A stretch of 62,438 nt of DNA, filler included, from an uncultured bacterium (GCA_964449065.1; 17 parts of 17 records of this genome joined end to end with filler, not necessarily neighbours in it); one strand, 5' to 3'. Counted from the whole stretch's first letter, positions 41,552 through 51,275 are shown. Notes: a model not told the origin generated them from the sequence alone. Made by a program: numbers and translations.

Positions 41552-42183
41552 TATATCAACACACCTTCCAAAATCATTTGACGCTTGTGTTCCAAATGAG
41601 AAATCATTTCGGGATACTCACGCAGGATGCGTTCGGCTTTGAGGCGTTCGACAGCGAGGGCATATTTTCCTTGTTTGCCGCGGACTTGGCCTTCATCCCG
41701 TTTGACGCTGTTATAGACCGCTTTGGCTTTTTGGATTTCTTCATCTACCTCTTTCAGCATTTCGTTGTTAATGTTGCTGCGGGGATGAATTTGCCGCAGG
41801 TTGTCTTTGATGGGTGGAGACATGTTGATGATTCCAGTGTCATCATTGTTTTCCAACCGGGAAAGCAGAGCAGGGGTGGAATCCAAATTGAGCTCGCGAT
41901 GGCTGGGGGGAAGCGAAAGCGGTTTTTTGGTTGCGAGAGAATCGAGGATCATGAGGAGTTGCGGGATTTTTGATTCGGGCAACTTGACGCGTTGTGGTTT
42001 TTCATCCGGCGGGCCTCCCAGCCCCAGCATCTTTAAAAAGCCGGCTTGGTCCATCTGATAGGAATTGCGCAGTTGATCGGCCATGGCCTTCAACTTAGGA
42101 TTGCTCAGGGTATTTTTCTCCGTGGTGCGCAGCAAAGCGGCCAGCCGGTATTCTTTTTGTTTGCGTTCCAACGAGTTTGTCAT
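41551..42183 (-). CDS. Hypothetical protein
   Basis: 210-aa ORF coupled to dtd. Confidence 0.7.
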   Translation of the reverse strand: MTNSLERKQKEYRLAALLRTTEKNTLSNPKLKAMADQLRNSYQMDQAGFLKMLGLGGPPDEKPQRVKLPESKIPQLLMILDSLATKKPLSLPPSHRELNLDSTPALLSRLENNDDTGIINMSPPIKDNLRQIHPRSNINNEMLKEVDEEIQKAKAVYNSVKRDEGQVRGKQGKYALAVERLKAERILREYPEMISHLEHKRQMILEGVLI

Positions 42184-42383
42184 GATTCCACGTTTCGTTT
42201 TGGGTTTCTATCTGTTTGATTTCAATTATTTTCGGCGGCCAAACCTATGATCTGAAATATCAATTTCTTACATTCACGATTTTAGCCATGCTTCACTCTA
42301 TCCCGAAATAAAATTTCCTACTATGATTATCCATTATAGTGCAAAATCTCATTTGGGTTACATCTATTCTATAAGGTTGAAAG

Positions 42384-43400
42384 ATGCTGCTAAACAAAAC
42401 CATATATCCATTTTTCGTGATTGTCTTGTCAACGCTTTTGATGATGCAATGCAGCGGGCCGGATAAGCGGGAACAATTTAAACAGGAAGTGGAAGAATCG
42501 CTGGAACATTACTACAAAGGGATCGAGTTCCGGGTGAAGAGAAACTTTGAAGCCGCTGAGGAAGAATTGATGCAGTCATTGGCTATATCGCCGCGCCCCC
42601 GGACTTATATGGCTTTATCGGAACTTGCTTACACACAAAATAATTTGCAGGAAGCAAAAAGGAACATCGATAAAGCGCTTCAACTTTCCCCGACCCTGGA
42701 ACCGGCTTTACGCTTTCAAGAAAGAGTGATAAGCGAAATGCAGGCCGTTGAGTCTGTGACGAAAGAACAAGTAACGAGCGGGTTACCGGAAAGAAACGTG
42801 GTAATAACACCAACTGCCGCGCCCGAAGAAGACCTAACCCGAGTCGTTCCCGAAAACAAAATTGAACCCCAACCAATAGAAGAACCAGCTGCTGAAAAAA
42901 TATCTGCTCAAGAGCGAAATGTAGTCGTACCGGAATCTTTGGGATCAAACTTGCAGAAGGCCAGGGAGGCGGCAAACCGTGGCGACTGGGTTCAGACCGC
43001 CCTATTGGCTAAAGAGGTGGTGCAAGAGGATTCAAGTTCTGTAGAGGCCTTTTATTTATTGGGTTACGCATTTTTCCAGCAGAAGAATTATGAAGAAGCA
43101 GAACAAGCTTTTCGTCAAACTGTCCGTCTGGATGAAAATCACGCGAAAGCACTGAATGATTTAGGAATAACGCTTGAGTATCTAGGTAGAAGTGCTGAAT
43201 CCATCGAGTTTTATCAGCGGTCAGTTGAGATTGGTTCTAACCCGGATGCCTTCTTTAACCTTGCGCTTTTGGAAGAGAAACGGGGTGAATACAAAAATGC
43301 TATCTCTTTGTATGAAAGTTATTTACAGCAGGATGATACAAGTTCGTTTGCTGATTTTGCCCGCAACCGGATTAAAAAACTGCGTCGTCTTGCGTATTGA
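42384..43400 (+). CDS. TPR-repeat lipoprotein
   Basis: Signal peptide with Cys (MMQC), multiple TPR motifs. Confidence 0.85.
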   Translation: MLLNKTIYPFFVIVLSTLLMMQCSGPDKREQFKQEVEESLEHYYKGIEFRVKRNFEAAEEELMQSLAISPRPRTYMALSELAYTQNNLQEAKRNIDKALQLSPTLEPALRFQERVISEMQAVESVTKEQVTSGLPERNVVITPTAAPEEDLTRVVPENKIEPQPIEEPAAEKISAQERNVVVPESLGSNLQKAREAANRGDWVQTALLAKEVVQEDSSSVEAFYLLGYAFFQQKNYEEAEQAFRQTVRLDENHAKALNDLGITLEYLGRSAESIEFYQRSVEIGSNPDAFFNLALLEEKRGEYKNAISLYESYLQQDDTSSFADFARNRIKKLRRLAY

Positions 43401-43436
43401 AACAGAGATTAAGGATTAGAGATTTTTTTTGATTTG

Positions 43437-43808
43437 ATGAATGAACGGATTGTTTTCTTATATAATTATCTTGAAAGAATAGAGTTACAGTTTGAAAGCT
43501 TACATGGAAACTATCTTCGCATGAGTAAAATGATATCAACTCTTAAACCTTCGGTTTGGAATCATCTTTCTTTTCTTTTAAAGAATAAATTGGGGATGAC
43601 CAAAGACCAAGCAAAAGACCTTTTTTATCAGTCCAAATCCAAAGGCAAGCAAGAGGGGGGAGAAGACCCCGAACATCCCGAATCGGTTGAAGAAAAGATG
43701 AATGTGATTATGGGGTATATGAAAGACACCTCTGAAAAACTGGAAACCATCGAAAGAGATATTGCCCACCTTAAGCAACAGGTTGAGATTATACTTAAAA
43801 AATTGTGA
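43437..43808 (+). CDS. Hypothetical coiled-coil protein (start uncertain)
   Basis: ORF ending LETIERDIAHLKQQVEIILKKL. Confidence 0.5.
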   Translation: MNERIVFLYNYLERIELQFESLHGNYLRMSKMISTLKPSVWNHLSFLLKNKLGMTKDQAKDLFYQSKSKGKQEGGEDPEHPESVEEKMNVIMGYMKDTSEKLETIERDIAHLKQQVEIILKKL

Positions 43809-43926
43809 TTTTTAGTAAATAACTGATGTTACGTAATCAATGATTGACGATTGCTTGAAAAATGGTTTTTGTTGTGAGCGAACTATTCTAAGTCAAACGC
43901 AATGTCTATCGTCTTCTCCCTTTGGG

Positions 43927-44215
43927 CTAGTCTCAGTACGCAACCGGGGAGCATCGGCTTCCAGTCGGTGCGCCAATCCGTCCAACTCAATGTAATTATA
44001 CTTAAGAGAAGTTGTCTAAACAATGTTTTTTAGGAGGGCGAGGCTCCCGCCGAGCCGGAAGCACGCTTTTCTTCCCCGATAATCCAAAATAACATCGGTA
44101 TAAAACCCGATGAACAGAAAATTCCCATGTTGTTATTCGCGTGAATTTACGTGTCCTCGCGGTTAAAAAAACATGAAACATTACAGATTTAAAATTTTTT
44201 GTGTACGGAGAGCAG
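43927..44215. mobile_element. 289-bp MITE nested in a family A copy (43823-44360)
   Basis: 9-bp TSD CCCTTTGGG (43918-43926, 44216-44224); imperfect TIR CTAGTCTCAGTACGCAA / TTGTGTACGGAGAGCAG. Confidence 0.8.
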
Positions 44216-44693
44216 CCCTTTGGGAGAAGATAAGAGATGAGGGCGATGAGAGCGATTGCTCCCTATGACGCAGTAGCGTAATTAGAGGTTTATTCCTCCC
44301 GAACCCTCACCCCGGCCCTCTCCCGGTGGGCGAGGGCGATAGATTCAGCGTACATATAGANNNNNNNNNNNNNNNNNNNNNNNNNNNNNNNNNNNNNNNN
44401 NNNNTTAATTAATTAANNNNNNNNNNNNNNNNNNNNNNNNNNNNNNNNNNNNNNNNNNNNCCTCCCAAAGGTGGGAGGGGTTAGGGGAGGGTTTGAAGCA
44501 CTGAGCGTTTAACCCCCACCTAGCCTCCCCCATTGCATTGGGGGAGGAATGAGAAAATCTATTCGATTTTTTAGAAATGCACTTCATATCGCTGACCTGT
44601 TACCGAAACTGGAATTAATTGTAATAAAGAAACACCAAAACAGCAGGGAAAGAATGAAGATTGAACAATCCCCTTATCTATTAAGATTGCTTA

Positions 44694-44864
44694 TACCAAA
44701 AGAAATATGGAATATCCGCTTTCGGTATGACTGGTGGGCTACCGGACAAAAGCCTTTCGGTTGGATTCAATCTTGCACCCGCTTCGACATGAAGCGTAAT
44801 CAAGGTTGTAAGAGTGTTGAGCCCACCCTACCAATATAACGGACATTTTTTATTTCAAATGGTA
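44694..44864. mobile_element. MITE with TACC...GGTA ends
   Basis: Related partial copy starts at 14606 (GGTGGGCT.CCGGACAAAAGCC.TTCG.TTGGATTCA). Confidence 0.55.
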
Positions 44865-45060
44865 TAAGGTGAAAACCCTGTGGCTCGGCGGGAGCCTCGC
44901 CCTCCCAATTCAACTCGACATTTGGTCTCTGTCAGACTACTAGTAGTCTGTCAATCAAAAAATGACGGCTAGTTATCCGTTGTTGCCCCCCTTGATAAGG
45001 GGGGTAGGGGGGATCGACACCCGTCATTTAATCGTTGACACTGTACTAGAGCGGTTTAAA

Positions 45061-45885
45061 CTAATTCTCTACCGGCTGGATCGTCTTGCGGCTCAAGACA
45101 AACGCGGAGAGAAAAATACATACAATAATGATTCCAACCAGCACCAAGACCGCTTCGGTCACGGATGCAGGGGAGTGAACCGCAAAGGTGTTCAGCATAA
45201 TATTGCTGTCACCCTGCCCGGGCATGATGGATTGCAGATAATACCGTGCCGTCAATTTATGGGCATATCCCGGCAGATAGGATGCGAACAAATCCCAAAT
45301 CAAAAACGCGATTCCAAACATGATGGGGCGCTTAAAATAAATCCCAATCAGCATCATAACCGCGCCATACACAATCAATCCCAGACTGTAAATCCGCCAA
45401 TCCCGAAACAATACATCCAAATCGTAGGGAATCATCCCCGAATCCGGCAAACTGGCGGCCAATAAAAATGAAACCGTGATGGAAACCGTCATCATCAATA
45501 CTGTAAAGCAACTATACGCAAAGAGTTTTCCCGCCGATATCACCCAGCGCGGTACCGGACGAATCTGCAGCAGCAGCATGGTTCCCGTCTGCCACTCTTC
45601 CGACAGCAGCGGCGATCCCAACATGAGCGCGATCAATGGAATAATAATTACACTGAATAAATATGCGGTTGTTTGGGTATAAGCGATATAGGGATCACTG
45701 ATCGGCGCACCTGGTGCGGGTTCGGATATCACTGTAAACAGCCGCCAAATAAACATCACCAAAACCGGCAGGCCGAATATAATAAACGGCGCGACGACCG
45801 TTTTCGAAAACACAAACCGGCGCAGGTTCACCGTGAACAGCGCCGTGAACGGATACCCTATGCGCATTTGTAAGCTTGCACTCAT
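45061..45885 (-). CDS. ABC-2 type transporter permease
   Basis: Multi-TM; LSEEWQTGT..LL..RPV.R....AGK. Confidence 0.88.
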   Translation of the reverse strand: MSASLQMRIGYPFTALFTVNLRRFVFSKTVVAPFIIFGLPVLVMFIWRLFTVISEPAPGAPISDPYIAYTQTTAYLFSVIIIPLIALMLGSPLLSEEWQTGTMLLLQIRPVPRWVISAGKLFAYSCFTVLMMTVSITVSFLLAASLPDSGMIPYDLDVLFRDWRIYSLGLIVYGAVMMLIGIYFKRPIMFGIAFLIWDLFASYLPGYAHKLTARYYLQSIMPGQGDSNIMLNTFAVHSPASVTEAVLVLVGIIIVCIFLSAFVLSRKTIQPVEN

Positions 45886-46808
45886 AATGGTTTCACCAAA
45901 TACTCAAAGATCGATTGCAAATTCTCATCCAACGTCGAGATCTGATGGATTGCAACCCCGTCTTCCATCACATGCGTTTGCACCTGTTGAAAAAACTCAT
46001 CCGGAGACGTCGTCATCACCAGCAATTCATTGGGTTGATCGCCGAATTGGATGGTCTGCACCGCCGGGCACTCGATCAACAGGCTGGATAGCCGCTGCCG
46101 GTCAGGCGTAAGCAACTGCACGTGGCGGGGCTGTTCGTCAATCAATTCGCGAATTTCATACACGTCGCCTTCCGCCAACAAGAGCCCGTTGTTCAAGACC
46201 AAAATCCGCTTGGTCATCGATTCGATTTCATGCAGAATATGGCTGGAAACCAATACAATTCGCCCTTCTTCGCCCCATTGTTGAATCAAGTTCACCGTCA
46301 CCTCGCGGCTTTCCGGGTCCATCCCGGATAGCGGTTCATCCAAAAAGATCACCCGTGGGTCATGCGAGACCGCCTGCGCCATTTTAATACGCTGCCGCAT
46401 CCCTTTGCTGAAGCCACCGATCTTTTGATCCGCCGCGTGCAATAGTCCGACAAGTTCCAGCATTCGTTTTGCTATTTTTTTCGCCTGGGTTTTCGAATTC
46501 CCATTCAGCCGGGCGATGTAAATTAAAAACTGATAGCCTGTCATATATTCATAAAACTTTTCTTCGTCCGGGCAATAGCCGGTTCGCCTAAATATTTCCG
46601 GGTTGTTCCAAACCGGTTGTCCATCGATTAACGCTTTGCCGGTATCCGCTTTTAGCAGCCCATTCAAGATTTTAAACAGGGTAGATTTCCCCGCGCCGTT
46701 TGGCCCCAATAGCCCTGTCACGCCGGGTTCGATTGTGGCGTTCAGATTGCTGACGCCAATGACCTCGCCGTACCATTTTGACAAATTATGCAGTTCAATT
46801 GTTACCAT
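45882..46808 (-). CDS. ABC transporter ATP-binding protein
   Basis: GPNGAGKST, FSKGMRQR, LDEP, SSH. Confidence 0.95.
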   Translation of the reverse strand: MVTIELHNLSKWYGEVIGVSNLNATIEPGVTGLLGPNGAGKSTLFKILNGLLKADTGKALIDGQPVWNNPEIFRRTGYCPDEEKFYEYMTGYQFLIYIARLNGNSKTQAKKIAKRMLELVGLLHAADQKIGGFSKGMRQRIKMAQAVSHDPRVIFLDEPLSGMDPESREVTVNLIQQWGEEGRIVLVSSHILHEIESMTKRILVLNNGLLLAEGDVYEIRELIDEQPRHVQLLTPDRQRLSSLLIECPAVQTIQFGDQPNELLVMTTSPDEFFQQVQTHVMEDGVAIHQISTLDENLQSIFEYLVKPL

Positions 46809-46852
46809 GATTTCCAATGAATCCAGTTTAATTCGCGTTGATTCGCGGTTGC

Positions 46853-47776
46853 TTATTTTACGATTTCGACCGGTTTGATTCGCACATACAAATACCAGCA
46901 GCAGAAGAGACACATCGCCAAGAGCACCCCTAGCGAAGCACCCCAATGGAGATGCTCATACGCGGCATCCTGTTGAAAGATCACTTGACCCAAATGCAGC
47001 CAAATATTCGTCGGAGAGATCAACGCCCACCACTCGTAATAACTAATAAAATACAAAAAGGTTCCTTCCGTGGTGAAAAAGGAGTAATCCCGTACGATGT
47101 GCTCGATAAACACGCCCAAATACGGCAGGATAAAATAGACAATCAGCTGCGTTACATTGACGGTAGCCGAAGATGGTGTAATGGCAGAAATGGCTAAATT
47201 AAAGATAACCAACGAAACGGATATCAGACCGCCAAACAAGATGATTCGTATCAACAAGTCAATATCGAACAAAATCGTAATATCATCCGCGAAACTCGCG
47301 TACAAAAACACCAAAAGCAGCGGCATGACAATCACCGGAACCGCCAAAAACACAAACAAACTCATTCCTTTGCCGACCAAATAATCAAAGCGGGTCAGCG
47401 ATTTTGATAGATACAAACCAATCGCTTTATATTTTAAATCGTTCGAGATCAACTTTGGGCAAATTCCCAATGTCATAAACAAACAAATATACATCTGCGT
47501 GGCGATGAAGTTGTAATAATATTCAAAATCAATCTTTAACCGTTCCAGCAGTTCCGTCAAATCCATATCGATCAAAGCCGCCAATTCTTCAGTGGTCGCG
47601 AAATAAATCCACACAACAAACAACAAAAAAACCGCAATCACCGGAAAGCGGAAAAACTTAACCGTCCTGCTTCGCCAAAACAGAGAAATCCCTTTGGCAG
47701 CAATGGTCATCCACGCGATGGAATGAGGAAGATACTTTCCGTCATAATGGCAATAGGTCTGGCGGTATATCGGCAC
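46853..47776 (-). CDS. ABC transporter permease
   Basis: Multi-TM; LYLSKSLTRFDYLVGK. Confidence 0.85.
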   Translation of the reverse strand: MPIYRQTYCHYDGKYLPHSIAWMTIAAKGISLFWRSRTVKFFRFPVIAVFLLFVVWIYFATTEELAALIDMDLTELLERLKIDFEYYYNFIATQMYICLFMTLGICPKLISNDLKYKAIGLYLSKSLTRFDYLVGKGMSLFVFLAVPVIVMPLLLVFLYASFADDITILFDIDLLIRIILFGGLISVSLVIFNLAISAITPSSATVNVTQLIVYFILPYLGVFIEHIVRDYSFFTTEGTFLYFISYYEWWALISPTNIWLHLGQVIFQQDAAYEHLHWGASLGVLLAMCLFCCWYLYVRIKPVEIVK

Positions 47777-48082
47777 GGATATTCTCCTTGCTTTATTATG
47801 CTGTTATTAACTCACGTTACGCACTACATTATGATATGCCCGTTTTTCTCATCGTTCGCTGAATCTATCGCCCTCGCCCACCGGGAGAGGGACGGGGTGA
47901 GGGTTCGGGAGGAATATACCTCTCATCACGCTACTGCGTCATAGGGAGCAATCGCTCTCATCGCCCTCATCTCTTATCTTCTNNNNNNNNNNNNNNNNNN
48001 NNNNNNNNNNNNNNNNNNNNNNNNNNTTAATTAATTAANNNNNNNNNNNNNNNNNNNNNNNNNNNNNNNNNNNNNNNNNNNN

Positions 48083-48209
48083 GGGAGAGTGACGGTCAAT
48101 GAGGCGAGGGTTCTGGCGCGAGGCCTGCGTCAGCAGGGCTCGTGACAGGTCCCGAAGACCGAACCAAACACCGCTGCTATCCCCGTCGCTCAGCAGCCGC
48201 TTGTTCGGT
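48083..48209 (-). repeat. Integron attC site 1 (truncated by contig end)
   Basis: Minus strand ACCGAAC-AAGCG-GCTGCTGAGCG...; near-identical to attC2/4/5. Confidence 0.85.
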
Positions 48210-48213
48210 CTTG

Positions 48214-48507
48214 TCAGGTGTTCTTCTCCCATGAACCCGGATCACGGCTCTGATGGAAAACCGAAACTATCAGGATCTCCTTCTGATCGGTGATCGTGTA
48301 GATCAATGAGTAGGGAAACCTGCGGAGGTTGCAGTGACGGAAATTATCCGAAATCTGCCCCCATGCCTCCGGAAATCTGAGAAGCCGCTCGATTGCGGCG
48401 TCAACTTCATCAATGAAATCGGCACCCAACCCGGACACCCGCTCTTCGTAAAACTCCGCAGCCCCAGCAAGTTCTTCGAGTGCAGGAGTGAGGAAACGGT
48501 AAGTCAT
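48214..48507 (-). CDS. ParE/RelE toxin (gene cassette)
   Basis: PALEELAGAAEFYE, LRRFPYSLIY, VFHQSRDP. Confidence 0.92.
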   Translation of the reverse strand: MTYRFLTPALEELAGAAEFYEERVSGLGADFIDEVDAAIERLLRFPEAWGQISDNFRHCNLRRFPYSLIYTITDQKEILIVSVFHQSRDPGSWEKNT

Positions 48508-48728
48508 CTGGCAAAACGCGACCTTAGCTGGGCCATGGCCTCCGGTCCATCAACAGCCGTGACCCTCCCTTCCCGGAACGCTTGCATCCGAGCCTCCGAC
48601 TCCCGAATCCAAACCTCGCGAATCACGGCCGGCGTCGTTGAGAGGCTTTCGAGCAAACGATCTGCAAGCACAGCACGCTCGCTGTCAGTCAGTTGCAGAG
48701 CCTCCTTCGCGATGATTGCTGGATCCAT
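48504..48728 (-). CDS. Addiction-module antitoxin (TIGR02574-like)
   Basis: ALQLTDSERAVLADRLLESL...WIRESEAR. Confidence 0.88.
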   Translation of the reverse strand: MDPAIIAKEALQLTDSERAVLADRLLESLSTTPAVIREVWIRESEARMQAFREGRVTAVDGPEAMAQLRSRFAR

Positions 48729-48789
48729 TGTGGCAATTGTAGACGATCGAGTTGGAGAGTGCAAACGTCATCCGCGGACCTCTCTTTTG

Positions 48790-48939
48790 ACCGAACGTCC
48801 AGGCTCTGGGGCGGGGAGAGTGACGATCAATGAGGCAAGGGTTCTGGCGCGAGGCCTGCCCCGCAGGGCTCGTGACAGGTCCCGAAGACCGAACCAAACA
48901 CCGCCGCTATCCCCGTCGCCCAGCAGCCGCTTGTTCGTT
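48790..48939 (-). repeat. Integron attC site 2 (150 bp)
   Basis: Minus strand AACGAAC...CAGAGC-CTGGAC-GTTCGGT. Confidence 0.9.
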
Positions 48940-49386
48940 TTTAGTTTTCCGATTCCGCTCGTTTCACCATCCGCCACAGAGATTTCCGGTATTTCCGGCC
49001 TTCCTCAACAAGCAATTGGTCGAACCCTGCTTCGCAAATTCTCTCTGCCCCGGCAGGCCAAGGAGTGTCCCCGGGGATCAACCGCCTACCCACTTCACAG
49101 GCGGAGAGACGAATTCCTCCACTTCGCAGTCTGTGAGCGTTCTCGGCGATCAGCCGCCCTCTCCCATCGCACGCCGAGAGAAGGAATCCTTTGCTTGACA
49201 GTCTCTGCGCGTTCCCGGCGCTCAGCCGCCCGCTCCCGTCGCAGGCCAAATGAAATATACCAGAACTTGACTCCCTCTGCGCTTGACCCATGGGCATCTG
49301 GCCTCGAACTCCGATGGGAATGGAGGCATCCCCCCGTTTCCGCCACCATGTCAGTCTACGAGCGCTCGGTCTGTCTTTCTTTGGAA

Positions 49387-49531
49387 AACGAACGACCCAG
49401 GTGTGGCACGCCGGGGAAAGCGTTCGACCGGCAAGGAGACTGGCGCGAGACGTGCTCAGCACGGGGAGTGACAGGCTCCGCAGTCCGGCCAACCTCCGCT
49501 ATACGGCGTTGCCACCACCGATTTGTTAGGC
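49387..49531 (-). repeat. Integron attC site 3 (145 bp, divergent member)
   Basis: Minus strand GCCTAAC-AAATC-GGTGGTGGCA...TGCCACACC-TGGGTC-GTTCGTT; contains the stop codon of 49526-50041. Confidence 0.88.
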
Positions 49532-50041
49532 AGTTACCTTCTCGAATTGAGCCTCGGGCATCGCGAGCAACTCTCGAACCTCCTCCTTAATCCTGTCAAA
49601 CGCGGACCAAATTAGTGCGATTGGCACAAGATAGATGTACCATCCACCAGAATTCACAAGAAGAGCGGTGCGGGCCACGTAGTTCAAATCCTTCATGCAC
49701 TCCTGCACATCGGGGTCAATTACAGCACATAGAGCTTCCCGCCTGCGTTGAATCTGCTTCTGTAGAACCGGATTCTTCTCTATCTTTGCGTCAATGGAAA
49801 CGAGGCGGATCAAGTCGGTCTTGTGGAGCATTCTGAGTCCATTGTTGATCGAGTCTTGGAGGTAGGCAAACACCTCGTCAGAGCATACATCTGAATCTTC
49901 GTGCTTTAGGTTTCGAAGTCGGTCGCGGATCTTGAACAAGTCGAAGCGAAGCTTCAGCCGGAGCGATGGAGCCAGAATGCCTTCGTAAATGAAGTGGTAA
50001 AAAACAATAATTATAAGAAAGTAGAGGAGATATTCAGTCAT
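49526..50041 (-). CDS. Uncharacterised membrane protein (cassette gene 2)
   Basis: 171 aa, N- and C-terminal hydrophobic segments; stop lies in attC3 GCCTAAC. Confidence 0.85.
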   Translation of the reverse strand: MTEYLLYFLIIIVFYHFIYEGILAPSLRLKLRFDLFKIRDRLRNLKHEDSDVCSDEVFAYLQDSINNGLRMLHKTDLIRLVSIDAKIEKNPVLQKQIQRRREALCAVIDPDVQECMKDLNYVARTALLVNSGGWYIYLVPIALIWSAFDRIKEEVRELLAMPEAQFEKVTA

Positions 50042-50409
50042 TTCGTAGATCCTTTGATTTTCGAACCCATTGATTCCTTTTGGAGTTGGGACTTTTCACG
50101 CCCCATACGATCAAATTCGCCGCTGATTACGGACCGTTGCCATTTTGCGTGAATGAACCACCCGATAGACGAAATAAATCCCAGAAGATAACCCAGAATC
50201 CATCCTTTCTCAATTCCATCGAGTAACCGGAAAGCCAATGTGCCCACCTCGGTTGAAGGCATACGGACCACGATCAGAATGACTATGGCAAACAATCCCA
50301 TCGGCAGGAGCTGACCTTTGGCGATAGCTGCCACAGTAATGTCACGAATTGCGTCCCACATGTTTGTCGGATGACCTTTGGGCTTCGGCTTGCTCTTGTT
50401 ATTCGCCAT
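50038..50409 (-). CDS. Uncharacterised 2-TM protein (cassette gene 1)
   Basis: 123 aa; ATG 15 bp after the GTTAGGC core; ATGA overlap with next gene. Confidence 0.85.
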   Translation of the reverse strand: MANNKSKPKPKGHPTNMWDAIRDITVAAIAKGQLLPMGLFAIVILIVVRMPSTEVGTLAFRLLDGIEKGWILGYLLGFISSIGWFIHAKWQRSVISGEFDRMGREKSQLQKESMGSKIKGSTK

Positions 50410-50424
50410 AAAAGTTTTTCATGT

Positions 50425-50574
50425 GCCTAACGTCCAGGCTCTGGCGCGGGGAGAGTGACGGTCAATGAGGCGAGGGTTCTGGCGCGAGGCCTGCGTCAGC
50501 AGGACCCGTGACAGGTCCCGAAGACCGAACCAACACGGCCGCTATCCCCGTCGCTCAGCAGCCGCTTGTTCGGC
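50425..50574 (-). repeat. Integron attC site 4 (150 bp)
   Basis: Minus strand GCCGAAC-AAGCG-GCTGCTGAGCGACGGGGA...TCCCCGCGCCAGAGC-CTGGAC-GTTAGGC. Confidence 0.92.
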
Positions 50575-50592
50575 TTAGCTTCTAGAGTTTAG

Positions 50593-50844
50593 CTACGCTG
50601 CACTCTCTTCCTTGATTCGCTCGGCCAACCACATCTTCATGACTGACTGTCGAGTGACCCCCACCCTCTTTGCCTCACGGTCCAGCGACTCGATCATCCA
50701 TGCCGGGAGGTCTAAATTGACTCTCCTTTGTTCCAGATTCGGTCTGCGAGCCTTCTCCCAATCTAGAAACTCGGAGATGTCTTCCCCCTCATCAAACCTC
50801 CGATCAAGCTCTTCAGCCGTTATGGTATCTGCATCTTTCTTCAT
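50593..50844 (-). CDS. BrnA/CopG-type antitoxin (cassette)
   Basis: AEELDRRFDEGEDI, RVNLDLPAWMIESLDREAKRVGVTRQS. Confidence 0.9.
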   Translation of the reverse strand: MKKDADTITAEELDRRFDEGEDISEFLDWEKARRPNLEQRRVNLDLPAWMIESLDREAKRVGVTRQSVMKMWLAERIKEESAA

Positions 50845-51076
50845 CTCGCGCTCTTCTTGTTGAAATAATCCGCACTCTTCCTTCTCGAAGAGTGAAGATG
50901 CATGTCCAGATCTTCCCGCTCCATTCGCCGATCAGGGCAAATCGCTCCTCATCTTCTGAACGGGCACTGACTTCCAGAGCATACTCGTCCTTCCAAAGCT
51001 CCTGGCTTTGGATGAAATCGATCCCGTGCTTCTCACGATTGGCCTGTGACTTCTCGGGATCGAACTCGAACTCCAT
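50813..51076 (-). CDS. BrnT toxin (cassette)
   Basis: FEFDPEKSQANREKHGIDF, RIISTRRA. Confidence 0.92.
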   Translation of the reverse strand: MEFEFDPEKSQANREKHGIDFIQSQELWKDEYALEVSARSEDEERFALIGEWSGKIWTCIFTLREGRVRIISTRRARDEERCRYHNG

Positions 51077-51124
51077 TTCGGTATAAAAATGGAGGGATTT
51101 TCACGCAAAGCAATCTCTTTCTGA

Positions 51125-51275
51125 GCCGAACGTCCAGGCTCTGGCGCGGGGAGGGTGACTCTCAATGAGGCGAGGGTTCTGGCGCGAGACCTGCCTCAGC
51201 AGGGCTCGTGACAGGTCCCGAAGACCGAATCAAACACGGCCGCTATCCCCGTCGCCCAGCAGCCGCTTGTTCGCT
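51125..51275 (-). repeat. Integron attC site 5 (151 bp)
   Basis: Minus strand AGCGAAC...CTGGAC-GTTCGGC. Confidence 0.9.

Noticed and set aside
44962..45465. ORFs starting in MITE B (IRGVGGIDTRHLIVDTVL; also the 32147-32530 extension)
   Set aside because: Translation of repeat DNA
48334..49590. 418-aa plus-strand ORF across the cassettes
   Set aside because: Antisense to TA genes and runs through attC sites; shadow ORF
48083..51275. 150-bp repeats as CRISPR, MITE or ncRNA array
   Set aside because: Spacing is gene-sized, there are no TSDs, and R/L boxes with complementary cores fit attC
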